Source: Adineta vaga (taxonomy: Eukaryota > Animalia > Rotifera). From it: DNA of 64,000 nucleotides. Numbering within the stretch: the first letter of the stretch is position 1; each line of letters starts with the position of its first letter. The stretch covers positions 7,378,001 to 7,442,000 of the forward strand of contig CP075492.1 of NCBI GenBank assembly GCA_021613535.1, given 5' to 3'. Of the stretch, positions 33,466-45,503 are shown piece by piece. A program made the position numbers and the translations under genes. Below the pieces are notes generated by a model that searched no databases, was not told where the DNA came from, and was given only the letters and a program-made list of their open reading frames with translations.

Positions 33466-36122
33466 TTAATATTTTTGTAAATTAGTAAGAAAATATGGTT
33501 GAGCAGTTTTGTTCAATAATGTAAAGCAGACATCACAAACACGAGATGGTCGATTATTTGGTCCAGTATGGACGATTCTATTCGCACAATCTTTACATAA
33601 AACTTTACCTGAAAGATAGAATAAGTATTTCAAGGACAGATCATTTTCGGACTCACCACAATGACCTGACAATAGAAACAAAAAGAAAGTTTTTCATATT
33701 GCTGATCTTTCTTTGATTACTTACGACAATGATGTTTTCTCCAAGTAACTGAAAATTGCTGATGACAATGTTGACAGTCCGAAAAATCTTCTTCCGGTTT
33801 CCAACGTAATTCATTATCGGAATTACGGAATTCTTCTAATTGAACCTTAAACAAAGTATTTCTTATATAAAATCGACATTTTTTTCTTTCAATCAAACTT
33901 GTAAAGCTTGAGAAAGTTTCACGAAATCATGTTGTACTGATTCACTATTTTCAAAATCAATCTTGATTTTTTGTAATTGAATACGTAATCCGGCATTATC
34001 TTCACTGAGTTTATCCTAAAATAGAAACAAAAGACATTTAATTTCATTCCTTATGAAATGAATTATATCGACCTTTTCTGCACTGAGTTGTTCCATTTTT
34101 TCTTTCAATTGATTTGTTAATGAATTTGCCATTGTTCTCGTATTTACTAATTCATTAGCACAATCTTCTAATTGTAATTCAAGGTCTTTTTTAAAACCTA
34201 ATATTCGATCATATTCAGTTCGAATACTTTGCAGAACAACTATAGAAAGAAAAAAAGATTGAAATTATAGAATCCTTTTTCTTTCTCTTCAAATTTTACG
34301 AATTTCATCCTTTGCAACAGTCAAATCACGATTAAGTAATTCTTCGATCTGTTCACGTTCACGTATATCAGCTTTATGACATTGATTTATTTGTTGAAGA
34401 TCATTTCGAAGTCTATCTTGATGTTTAATCTGTTCAATAATTTGTTCACGTAATCGATTAATTAAATTCCAAGCTTCCTAAACGTATCAAAGATATATGT
34501 GTAGTTTTTTCGAAAAAAAAACCCCAATTATTTCCGTTATACTTCATAGGATTTCGGTGACTGTGATGATTGAGTTAATAATTGAACGGTTTCATCGTCA
34601 TTTGTTCGTGAAGCAAGAAGAAGATTTTCGGATTTTAAACGTTCAATATATAAATGTGAGATTTCACGTTCTTTAACAAGTTTTTTTATTTGATTCACCT
34701 GTTCAATAAATACATTTTCATATTGTGTTCTCATTTCACAAAAATCAATATCATTCTTTTCGGCTTTCTTCATTAAACTGGATAACTAAAATTCAATAAA
34801 CTATTTTATGTTTAGAATATAAATAGATCGAATATTGTTTCAAATTCATTTTCCAGTTTAAAGATCTAATTATCAATAATAATCGAATATTCGATGTCTC
34901 AAGAGAGACAGAGAAGAGAAAAGATAGTCGACAGATTATATTGATCAATGTACAAAAAGACATGCCGAAATAATATTTCAGTTCTTTGATTTATACTTTC
35001 ATGTCATCATTAAAGAGCGTTCATGCCTTCCTAACTTTATCAATGGCAAATGATGATCATCAGGTGAGATTTATTGATTTGAATGTTAATAGAAATCAGA
35101 CGACTATGAAAGATACAAAGATTACATACCAAAATATCGCCTTCATCGTCAGCTAAGGAAGCGTAATTCCGTAGTTTTTGTAAACGTTTTGAACGATCCT
35201 AAAAGGATATTTTGTGTTATCAGAAATCTATTGGATTAAATAACTGAATACTTGTTCCATTGCTTTATTAGCCTCACTAAGTTGTTGTTCATATTGAGTA
35301 CGCATTTGTTGTTCTTTTTCATATTCAGCTTTGACAACAGACATATCAAAAAGTAATTTGACATTTTCATCTTGTTTTCGATTATTTAAGAAACGTAATT
35401 TTGTCGTTTCTTCATTTTGTTCAGAATATTTATCAGCAAATTTCTCTGAAAAGTCCATTATTTCTGCTATCTATACAGAAAAAGATAAAAATTTCAATTA
35501 GAACAGTAACGACAGATATGAAACCGACTTGTGTAAGCAAATCATTCCATTCATTTTCTGTTTTATTGAAATGACTATTAGAAATCGAATCATTCGAACA
35601 TTGATCTAACGCAGATGGTAATAAAATAGATGTAGAAGGACTGGTAAAAGCTCGTCGTGGACGCTGATAATCATTTTGATTTACTAAATGAAAAAAATGA
35701 ATAGGATACCTTGAATCGATTGAATTCTTACTTGAAAGAGTTTTATATTGATTTGATGTTAAGATACTTAAGATTTGACGCATTTGATCTAATTGTTTTC
35801 GTTCAAATTGCAGAAAACGTTCATTTAGACGATTATACATTTGTAAATACTTTTCTCGTTCATCTATAGCACGTTTTTCTGCTGATTTACCTAGAAAGAG
35901 ATTCTTTTTTTGAAGTCCATCGAAATCTTTGCTCGTACTTTCGTTCAATTGTTCAGTTAATTCTACAATTCGTTTTTGAAGTTCATCATTTGGAAGATCA
36001 AGATCTCTAGTATTCATCTGTTGAGTGGCAATTGAAGATGATGATGCTGTATTATCCACATCTGTTGAGTCTAGTGAAGAAAAATCTTCTATAGTATTAA
36101 ATCTTGCTGTTGATAGTTCCAT
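33466..36122 (-). CDS. RABEP1: Rabaptin-5 (invertebrate type with C-terminal FYVE finger)
   Basis: Multi-exon coiled coil, Rab5-binding motif SESVQHDFVKLSQALQ|VQLEE, and FYVE WKPEE..CQHC...RKHHCR.CGKVLCKDC...RVCDVC. Confidence 0.85.
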
Positions 36123-38008
36123 GAACTCGAATAGAAAAGTATGTAAAAAGAAATGACTTGACGAAAAAAATTTGATAACAAATTATTTGTTGAAGAAGAC
36201 TGACAAGAGAAAAAAGAGAAGATAATTGATAAGGAATAACAAAAGTCTATTTCGTCATTGATTACATGTATTTATAGTTGAAAGTTTAATGAATATCGTT
36301 CTTGTTACATAGAAGAATTTTTTTTCAAGAGCAAGTTTACGACATATGGATGAAAATATATTATCTTTATTTTTGGAAACTATTAAATTATTTACTATAG
36401 AAAAGAATAATTCAATAAAGTATCTCGATTAAATTAAACTGTTTACTTTTGTCTCTTGACGATAGAATTAATTCATTATGATCTCTGTATTATCTAATAA
36501 TAGATGCATGTATTGTTCGATAGATAATAACTCAAAAGGTTTTTTGACATTTACTATATTTATCGTTGTTTTCAACAAGAATATTGTTATTAATTAGACA
36601 TGTAGATAGATGTGAAGAATTTTCAATTTAACATCAGTTTTCTTGAAAACTTCACATAGGATAACGAGTGTATATCATCAAGAATTCTTGTCCGACCGAC
36701 ATGCAAGTATCATTACTTAAATTATCGGAGGAATCGATAAAATTTGTGTGAGAATAAAATTCAATCATAAATAGAAAGCAGAAAAAAAACGAAAAGGAAT
36801 TGAATATTTCGTTGTCGACATGAACAAATGACATTGAAAGAAAAAATGAAGTATCGAAGAACTGGTCGAATTTGTATATGCCAAACGCGATTGAAGAGGA
36901 AGAAAAAGAAAGAAAGAGAGAGAGAGAGAAGTATAAGTATACAATTATTTCATGTTGTTTCGTATATTTCATAATCATTGAACAATAATTATTAGATAGA
37001 AATGAAATGGCATATAACTGTTCTCTCTCTCTCTATGGTAGGTATCGGTTTTAGAGGTCAAATAGGTAGTAAATAATATGTCTATGTATTTTTTCATATT
37101 TCCTCTTCTCTCGATTTCAACTCCAAGGTTATGCTATTTTTGAGACTGTTGATAGGTCGACATTGAAGGTTGATGAAAGAAAAAATTAACACTTCTGATC
37201 ATACATAAGATTGAATGAATCATATGTAGATTTTGATATTAAGCTTTAGATATATATGTATGTTGACTTTACATATACACCAAACCAATCATTTTTTGTA
37301 AGAACACATTGTAAAAGAAACGACTTTTTCTCTTTTTTTTCTTCTTCTCTGCCGTATGATACAGGAACAATTGAAGTAGAGTATTTTTTTTATATAAGAA
37401 ATAAACATGTTCGATGTGTTCAAGAATACAATCAATTGTATGGATGCTTGAAGGTAAGACAACAGTTTTTTTTCTCTCTCTCTCGATATTAAATGTACGA
37501 ACAGTCGAAAGAGAACTTTTTTTTACAGGTATTAGTGATTTATTGATTTCGTTGAATAAATTGACAACTTGCCAAGTCAATTGATCATGGTAGAACAGGA
37601 AAAAAAAGTATTTGTATCAGTGTGTTTTGTCTCACCTTTATATTAAAAAATTCTGCGTTGACATAGGTTGGTGATAAAAATAAAATATAGATATGTCTAT
37701 TAATATTTGTTTTCCCTAAAGGATTGTTAAATGAGATTTCAACAAGATTACTCTCTATGTCAGCGTTTCAGTTGTATTTTTCTTGTCTATTTTGTCCTAT
37801 CAATTATTTAAAAGTAATACGGTACGATACAGATAGATGTTGTTTCAATTTAGAATAAATGAGAAATTGAAAAACAAAACAACGACTTAAGGTTCTAATC
37901 TTTCATTGTAGATCAAAGATTTTTACAGATAATTATCTCAAAAAAAAAGTAATCTTTTCAGATGATAAAATTTTTTATAGATCAAATTAATATTATCATC
38001 GAAAACAA

Positions 38009-39676
38009 ATGAGTACATCAACATTTAAATTTTGCAGTAAACTAGCTGTTATTCTACTATGTATTCTTGGTTTTATTGAATTGGGTTTAGCATTATGGAC
38101 CATACTTGATCCGCGTTATAGAAGTTTGGCTTATAACCTCGCAGATGTTGGTTATATGGTGAATAAAAGCTAGATATTTTGTCAAAATAATTTCTTTGTC
38201 TAAATAGGATCTATGGATATTAAGATATCTATCATTGTGTTTATTTGCTTCGTCGATAATAACATTAGTAATGTGTATAGTTTTAATATGGGGTCTATGT
38301 TCTACACATGCATTTCTATTTATTGCTTCAACAATGATTGTTATTATAGCTATTGGCGAATTGACAATATCAATTCTTACATTTTCTAATAAATATCAAA
38401 CACGAGTGATATTAATTGAACAACTACCAAAACTAGGTAAGAATTTGATTGAGTTTCTTTGTTTGGTGATAAGAATTTCGTTTATTTAGTAATTACTTAT
38501 CGGCAAGGTACTGATGAACGTGCTAAACGAGCTTTAGATATTCTTCAATTTACATTTCGTTGTTGTGGAGCTGATGGACGATTATCTTATCAAAATAATG
38601 TACCGTTAAGTTGTAATATGTTTAGTACTGGTTGTCTTAATCGAACATTATATTTTCTTGATTCATGGATGGATGCATTAGCATATGTGCTATTATTTTT
38701 TAGTTTAATTAAATTTTTCATTGTACTCTTCTTCTATTCATTTCTATGTATATATTATCGAAATCGACAAAATCAATCGTCAAACAATCCAATAATATGG
38801 CGTCGTTCGTCTAGTTTAGATTCGTTATCAGGAAACAATTTACCGCGAAAACAACTTCTATCATCACCACCAAACCCGCCACCACGAACGACAATAATCG
38901 ATCAAGATGAGAATGAAAATCGATATGTTGAACAACGACGTTTAACATCAAATAAAGGACCTGAAAATGGTTCAACGGCGATTGTACCATCATTATTGAA
39001 CGATAAAGATTTAGAGGACTATTATGAAAGGGAACGTATATCAAGAAAACTATCATCTATATCGGAAAGAACTGAAAAAACTGAAACAGATGAAAGTGAA
39101 CCGGAATTGTTACGTCTAAAATATTATACACCAAATCGAAAAACAATTATATCAACTGTTCAAGACAAATATCATCCAACTATACAACCAAAAAAACTAC
39201 CACTGATTAAAATTCGACGAAAACCTTTACGAGAAGATGAAAATGATCATGATTCAGGTGTTGAACGTTCATCATCAGAAAAATCTTTCGAAGATCATAC
39301 CAATCAAAAGTCATACATCGATCCTCCTAACACACCAACAAAATCGAAACAATCACAAAGTAATAATTCGTCTTCGTCTGCACTGAGTTTTTCGAATGTT
39401 TTCATCACATCTGTTTCTCAAGCTCAATCTTTAGAGGACGAATTGAAAAGACCTTTAGTTCCTCCTACATCTAATCGTTCACGTCTGAAAACTACGTTTA
39501 CACCAAAACCAATTTTGAAAAAAACATCGCATCAAACACTATCATTTCGAAAACCTACGGATTATTATAATAAAAAAACTTCATCATCGATTTATACGAA
39601 AACATCTCCTTTATTAAAAAATATACCAAAGCCAAATCCACGAACAAGTTTAAAACAACATGAAAGTCTTTTTTAA
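38009..39676 (+). CDS. Tetraspanin with very long cytoplasmic C-terminal tail
   Basis: Four TM segments over 3 exons. Large loop LDILQFTFRCCG...VPLSC...GC. About 300 aa S/T/P/K-rich tail after TM4. Confidence 0.85.
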
Positions 39677-40185
39677 ATAATATTTTCTGTGGTTTTATTT
39701 GATTCTCTTAATTGTCTATATTCTTCTTTTAATTTTTGTACTGTTAAACGTCCTGTAACTAATTTTAAATGAGCTGGACTTTTTAAATGAGTATCTAATA
39801 TTGCTTGTGTATTCATTTCTTTCCAACAAACATCGCAAAGAACATTTTTCGATTTGGTTTCTGCTGCTGTTGTTTCAGGATTCTGATATTTCCTCCATGT
39901 TTGAAGTTTGTTTTTATGACCTTGACTGTCAAAATGATTTTTAGAAACCGATTCACCGGTGAAAGAAACATTACAAAGTTCACAGTATGGAGGACATTCC
40001 CAAGAGATAAAATTGGGATTTGCAGTAACTTCGACGGGTTTTTTTTCCGTTGTAACATCATTTGTTGGTGTTTTAGTCGAGTTTTGTTCATCACAGAGAC
40101 TAGAAATGTCAGTAGTAGTGCTAATAGCAGCTGTTGTGATTTGCTCAGTCGAAAGATCAGCCAAGGTTGTTGTTTCTTCAGTCAT
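39673..40185 (-). CDS. Matrin/U1-type (dsRNA-binding-like) zinc-finger protein, 2 fingers
   Basis: YCELCNVSF...HFDSQGH and LCDVCWKEMN...HLKSPAH (C-x2-C-x12-H-x5-H). Confidence 0.85.
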   Translation of the reverse strand: MTEETTTLADLSTEQITTAAISTTTDISSLCDEQNSTKTPTNDVTTEKKPVEVTANPNFISWECPPYCELCNVSFTGESVSKNHFDSQGHKNKLQTWRKYQNPETTAAETKSKNVLCDVCWKEMNTQAILDTHLKSPAHLKLVTGRLTVQKLKEEYRQLRESNKTTENII

Positions 40186-41915
40186 TTTTTATCGATCTTA
40201 AATACATAAAATTTCTTTAGATATCAGACGTATAGATTTGCGAGTATTGTTGTTTCATTTATTGCTCTCTATGTTCAAGGTCAAATAGCACGTTTGCCTT
40301 GAGCAAAGAATCGTCTTACATGTCATTCTTTCTGAACTTCCAATCTGCGACATAGTAATGGTTGAAGGTTAATAAATTAAATATTACCGATTAAGCTTTT
40401 GGCATTTTCTTCAATAGCAAGAATTTTACTTGAGAAAAAAGGATCGATTTATTCTTAGTTTTACTGATTTACGAGAATAGAAAAGAATTCAATACGCCGA
40501 ACATAACTAACGATTGTTAAGTGAAGCAATGACTTCGGATGTAAAGAATGCAACATGATCTTCTACGGCATGAAGCAGTTATACAAAAAAAAACTTTCAC
40601 TATTCAGTTCTCTCCAAAATGATGTCGGAATGACTAATATTAAAGGTATGACATGATCAAGTTTTCAACCTTATTACGTGTGTTATTTGTGTCTATACAG
40701 CTATACTAAACTCTATCCAGCAATTAAATAATCGACTTTGTATCTTCTCTCAAGCCCCAGAGAATATGTTCTTTTCATCACTATTTCTGCTTTCGATAAT
40801 CCTTATAGCTTAACAAAAATTGCTTTTTGAATTAGAAGTTTTAGAAGAAAGTAATACTGATTGATCGATGCGAGTAAAAACTTCTGTTAGATTTAATTTG
40901 AACGTTAATGTGAATGAACAATTCTCCGATTACTTTTCGACGGAAACAGTTTTCCTTAAAAGCTCTGACAAACAAAGCGCACATAATTGTACTTTTCACG
41001 TTGACACAACCTTTTTTTTCTAGTTTGAAAACATAGAAGATAGCTTAAATCGTGTCTACATCGTGCTATTCAAACAAAGTTATTTCTATATGGTTTGTAG
41101 CGAGTTGAACATTGAATCCTTTTATGAAAAAAGAAACTGAAAATGCCAATAATTTTGGTCCAAACATGTAGAAAAGTAGATTCTGTCATCGTATAAGACT
41201 ATCTTACTCTCATTTTTCTAGTAAACCCATACCACTCCGTAATCAAAACATAGTGAGACTAATATTAGTATACCAACTACATCGTATGCGAACTCACTCA
41301 TGATATCGAAACAGCATATCTTTCTTTTACTTACTTCTACGTTTTCTACAACTGAGAATATGTGAGCGAATGCTCACAAGTTTTAACTCAACATTTTTGG
41401 GAAAATTCCCAGTGCCGATATTTCTTATTTGTTTTTCTTTAAAACAAACAAACAACAACAATAACAATCATCACGAAAATAAATAGCTGTGTATTATATT
41501 TGATAATATAATAATTTCTATCTATATAGAAAAAAACCCATCTTCTTCAATCTCGTCGTCTTAGATGACGACAACGCTAAGAATAAGAAAAGAACTTACT
41601 TAGTTTTCTATTGACTCTTCTGAAAAAAACACGTGTGTTCTTTTTTCTTCGCCTTCTTTACCATCTATAGACATTGTGTCAACGAGAGAACAAAAAAGAA
41701 AGCAACAGAACGACGAAATAAATCTCGTGTACGATTCGTATTTTTCTCTCCTTTGCTCTCGACTCAATAGGAGTACATCGAAAAGAAAGATAAATTACGG
41801 TATCAAAGTTTTAAACGACGATAGTTCGTACATTTTTCAACATCGAACATTTCAAAATATTTGACCAGTAAAATAAAATTACTTTTTTTCTTCTTTAGTA
41901 TGACGACAAGTGATC

Positions 41916-43797
41916 ATGACGTGTAACTATCTGTATATTACACGAAGAATAATTTTATTAATACTCATTGGTCTTATACTTATTTTTATCGTATATCAAA
42001 ATTTTCTTATAAAACGATACACTACTATTTTACCTGATCTTCGTATTAATCATCCATTGTTTGTACAACGTAATTCTACATTTAAAAAAGTTTTCATTGC
42101 ACATTATACGACATCATATGGAATTCGTACGGATTCGAATACGAAAATTTTTGATCATAATTTCGAACAAATATGTAAAGTATTGAATCCTGAAGATTAT
42201 TCGTTTGCATAGTGTTTTCATAAATATCGTCGATCTTGTTCGATTACCTCGTTCATATCGAAATTCTCATCAATCGCAATTATGGATCTTTCATTCAGAA
42301 GAATCGCCAAGAAATTCATATCGAAAAGTAGAGATAAAAAATATTACAGAACTCGATGATTGGTTTAATTTAACATCAACATTCAGTCCAGATTCAGATT
42401 TTCATCTTCAATATCGAGTAGGTCAAAATGAAACTTTTGAAATTATTTTAGTATTCGTCGTTATCTCTTACAATGACTGTTGATGTATTATTATTATTTA
42501 CTGCAGATGATAACACGTTTTATATGAGTAAAGCACACAAATTCTTCCGCTTTAAATGACTTAATAACAGAGTAACATTTTGTTTTATGTACTGCATCGC
42601 TCCATAATTATGTAAATATCGTATACTAAAGTGTTGCGATTTTCTCACATATACATGTGCGTACTGTTAAAGAATGATTTATGAAATGAGATAACATCAT
42701 ATTTTCATCACCATTGAAATAGCTCTCAAATTGTAAATCTTGCCTTTTCATTTTAGGGGTATCGTATTAAGCCTGAAATAGGATATTTCCTTCAAAATAA
42801 ATTCAATATTAATCTTACACAAACATTTTATTCAACGTCAGATACATTTATAAATTCAAGTTCTAGTTATTTGAATACTCTCTCGTCTATACTTCATTCA
42901 GAATTAATTAAGCGTCAAAAACTTCTATTAAGTATTTGTCCTTATACATGCAATCAACCAATCCCATCATATGCCTTAAAACGTCTTCAACCATATTTAA
43001 ATCAAAGTATACCGTCAGTTTCTGATCGAAGTATCGTTTATATAGCTTGGTTTGTATCGAATTGTAATACTCATTCTCGTCGAGAAGAATACGTGGAAAA
43101 ATTACGTTCACAAGAAGGTATTCATGTTGATATATTTGGCAATTGTAAATCCATATATCATTCATCTATTTTACCTCTTCAATGTCAAAAAGGGACACCA
43201 AATTGTACTCAAAATACTTTATCACATTATCGATTTTATTTATCATTTGAAAATTCGAAATGTGATTCCTATATTACTGAAAAGTACTGGATACAAGGTA
43301 CAAATGGTCAAGCTGTACCAATTGTTCTAGGTGCTAAAAAAGAACAATATGAACGTATAGCTGTACCAAATTCTTATATTCATGTTGATGATTTTCTAAC
43401 AATAGAAGATCTTGCTAAGGAACTTCATCGTTTAAATCAAAATGACACAGAATTTAATAAATATCTTCAATGGACACAATTATATGATGTATCAGCACAA
43501 TATCCTCCAACACCAATCATTGATATGCATACAACACTTTGTTTTCTAGGTCATTATCAATTCTTACATGAATTGAAGACAAATAATGAACAGATACAAT
43601 ATGCAATGACAACTATTCGAAAGATATTCAATATATCAAATGTTCGTTTACCAAATTTTAATTGGACAACAGCTAAGACAAATCTAATACGTATTAGTCA
43701 ATTTTATAATCCGTCTGTGAATTGTTGGGATAGTTTATATCCTTCCATATTTAAACAGGTTTATAATCATTTATTTACATGGTGGAAACTTTTCTAA
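41916..43797 (+). CDS. Alpha-1,3-fucosyltransferase (GT10); apparent 2-nt deletion near 42210
   Basis: Type II TM anchor, WIFHSEESP, WFNLTSTF..DSD, IAWFVSNC, VDIFGNC, YRFYLSFENSKCDSYITEKYW, VPIVLG, SYIHVDDF. One longer intron (~42418-42756). Confidence 0.9.
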
Positions 43798-44010
43798 TAG
43801 CTTTTTATTTCTTGTTATTTTTTGTTTAAATAAAAGAAGCTCATTAGATAAAAATCTTCTCTTTATTTCAATTGATTTTCAAGTTCTTCTTTTTATTTCT
43901 TTGTTTTCTCGAATGATGTTACAAAAAAATAATAAGATACAGACATAAAAAAAACAGAAACAAATCTTTGTCGATATTCATCCATCGAAATGTTTGTTTT
44001 CGTCGTCTGT

Positions 44011-44409
44011 TTATTTCTTCTTGGCATCTTTGACGGCAGCTTTCTTTGTACCACGAACTTTTTTCATACGATTTTTACGTTCTTTACGTTGTTTTCTTGC
44101 TGTTTTCTTTGGTTCAGCAAGACCTTGACGTGTGAGACGATATCGTGGTTCGAATTTCTTGGCAAAATCAAGTGTATCATAGATTAATGCAAAACCAGAC
44201 GATTTACCACCACCGAAATTGGTATGAAAACCAAAACAAAAAACAAGATCTGGCGTTGTTTTGTAAAGTTGAGCCACTTTTTCACGGATTTCTTTTTTGG
44301 AGAGTGATGCACGTTCAGGATGAATAACATCAACAACCATTTGTCGACGACAGAGAAGTCGATTCGACTTAAATTTTCTTGTACGGACTGTAAAGGAAGA
44401 ATCCGACAT
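44011..44409 (-). CDS. RPS24: 40S ribosomal protein S24 (eS24)
   Basis: [63 protein letters not shown]. Confidence 0.98.
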   Translation of the reverse strand: MSDSSFTVRTRKFKSNRLLCRRQMVVDVIHPERASLSKKEIREKVAQLYKTTPDLVFCFGFHTNFGGGKSSGFALIYDTLDFAKKFEPRYRLTRQGLAEPKKTARKQRKERKNRMKKVRGTKKAAVKDAKKK

Positions 44410-44446
44410 GATTTATACACTAATCTAAAACAAAAATAGACAAAGA

Positions 44447-45280
44447 TTATTGACGAGAAGCTTTAAATTTCGATATTCGTTTTGGTGGCGGTTCAATGGG
44501 AGGTGTCGAAATCTCACGCTCAATAGTTCTACCAGTAAATGCCATTGGTGGTGGCTTTCCAATGGCACCTGGGTGTGAAAAAAGTGCTGAAGATGTATCT
44601 CCTATAGGTTCAGAATCAGATTTTGTATGATTGATGAAGATTTTTTTAAGTTGTTCATGAGGAATTTCATCATCGTTATCATCGTCACTGTCGACTTCCA
44701 TTTGATTATCATCAAAATGAACTTGTTTCACTTTTTTTTCATTGATTTTTAATGCACGTTCTTGTAAACGACGTCGTTCTTCTCGTATTTCTTCTTCAGT
44801 TAATTTTGTTCGACGATTTACAGATGACTTAATTGGTTTCGTATCTTCATCGGTTTCTTTAATTTCAAAAAATTTTGTTTTATCATCAAGAAAATCATGT
44901 GTATATTGTTTCTGTTGATGAAATACTTCTTTTTCTTTGTGATGTTTTTGAAGATTTTCGTCAATATTTACCAAACGACGATTGACAATTTCTATCGCTT
45001 GTTTACATGAACGTTCAACAAAATAATTTTCACCCAAAAGAACAAGAATTTCGTTCGAGTGAATAATACGACCAGGAATAAAAGCTAATTTACCAAATGG
45101 TACCGTACAATCATATGTTAAACGATCTGGTAATGTTGAAAGACGAGAATGCAAATGATGATAATCATTTTGAAATTGAGTCCATTTAGAAATTTGTTTA
45201 TCAATTTCACTGATGTAAGAATTTTGTTCAGTTATAAGACGTTCGAATGTTTCAAGAGATTCCGGCTGAAGATCGGACAT
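44447..45280 (-). CDS. URI1: Unconventional prefoldin RPB5 interactor
   Basis: Prefoldin-alpha core VPFGKLAFIPG..IHSNEILVLLGENYFVERSCKQAIEIVNRR, acidic tract, and URI box KRISKFKASR. Confidence 0.93.
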   Translation of the reverse strand: MSDLQPESLETFERLITEQNSYISEIDKQISKWTQFQNDYHHLHSRLSTLPDRLTYDCTVPFGKLAFIPGRIIHSNEILVLLGENYFVERSCKQAIEIVNRRLVNIDENLQKHHKEKEVFHQQKQYTHDFLDDKTKFFEIKETDEDTKPIKSSVNRRTKLTEEEIREERRRLQERALKINEKKVKQVHFDDNQMEVDSDDDNDDEIPHEQLKKIFINHTKSDSEPIGDTSSALFSHPGAIGKPPPMAFTGRTIEREISTPPIEPPPKRISKFKASRQ

Positions 45281-45503
45281 TGTTTCGTGTCTTAAAATAA
45301 TATGTAGTAGTAAATAGAAGTTTTATCAACAAGTAAATTTACAGTAACCAATCAGAGACGTTGTACGATAAATACCTCCGTTAAATCATTGGTCGATCCA
45401 GATTTTGCTTGATATCCATATATTTCCTTGTTTGCTGGAGGAATGGAATTTAAACTCAAACTGTTAAAGCTCACATATTTCTTTGCATTGGTCATTATTT
45501 TCA

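Noticed and set aside
36200-37950. Phe/Ser-rich ORFs (36652-36978, 37256-37492, 37269-37580)
   Set aside because: Low-complexity translations of purine/pyrimidine tracts in an intergenic region; no motifs.
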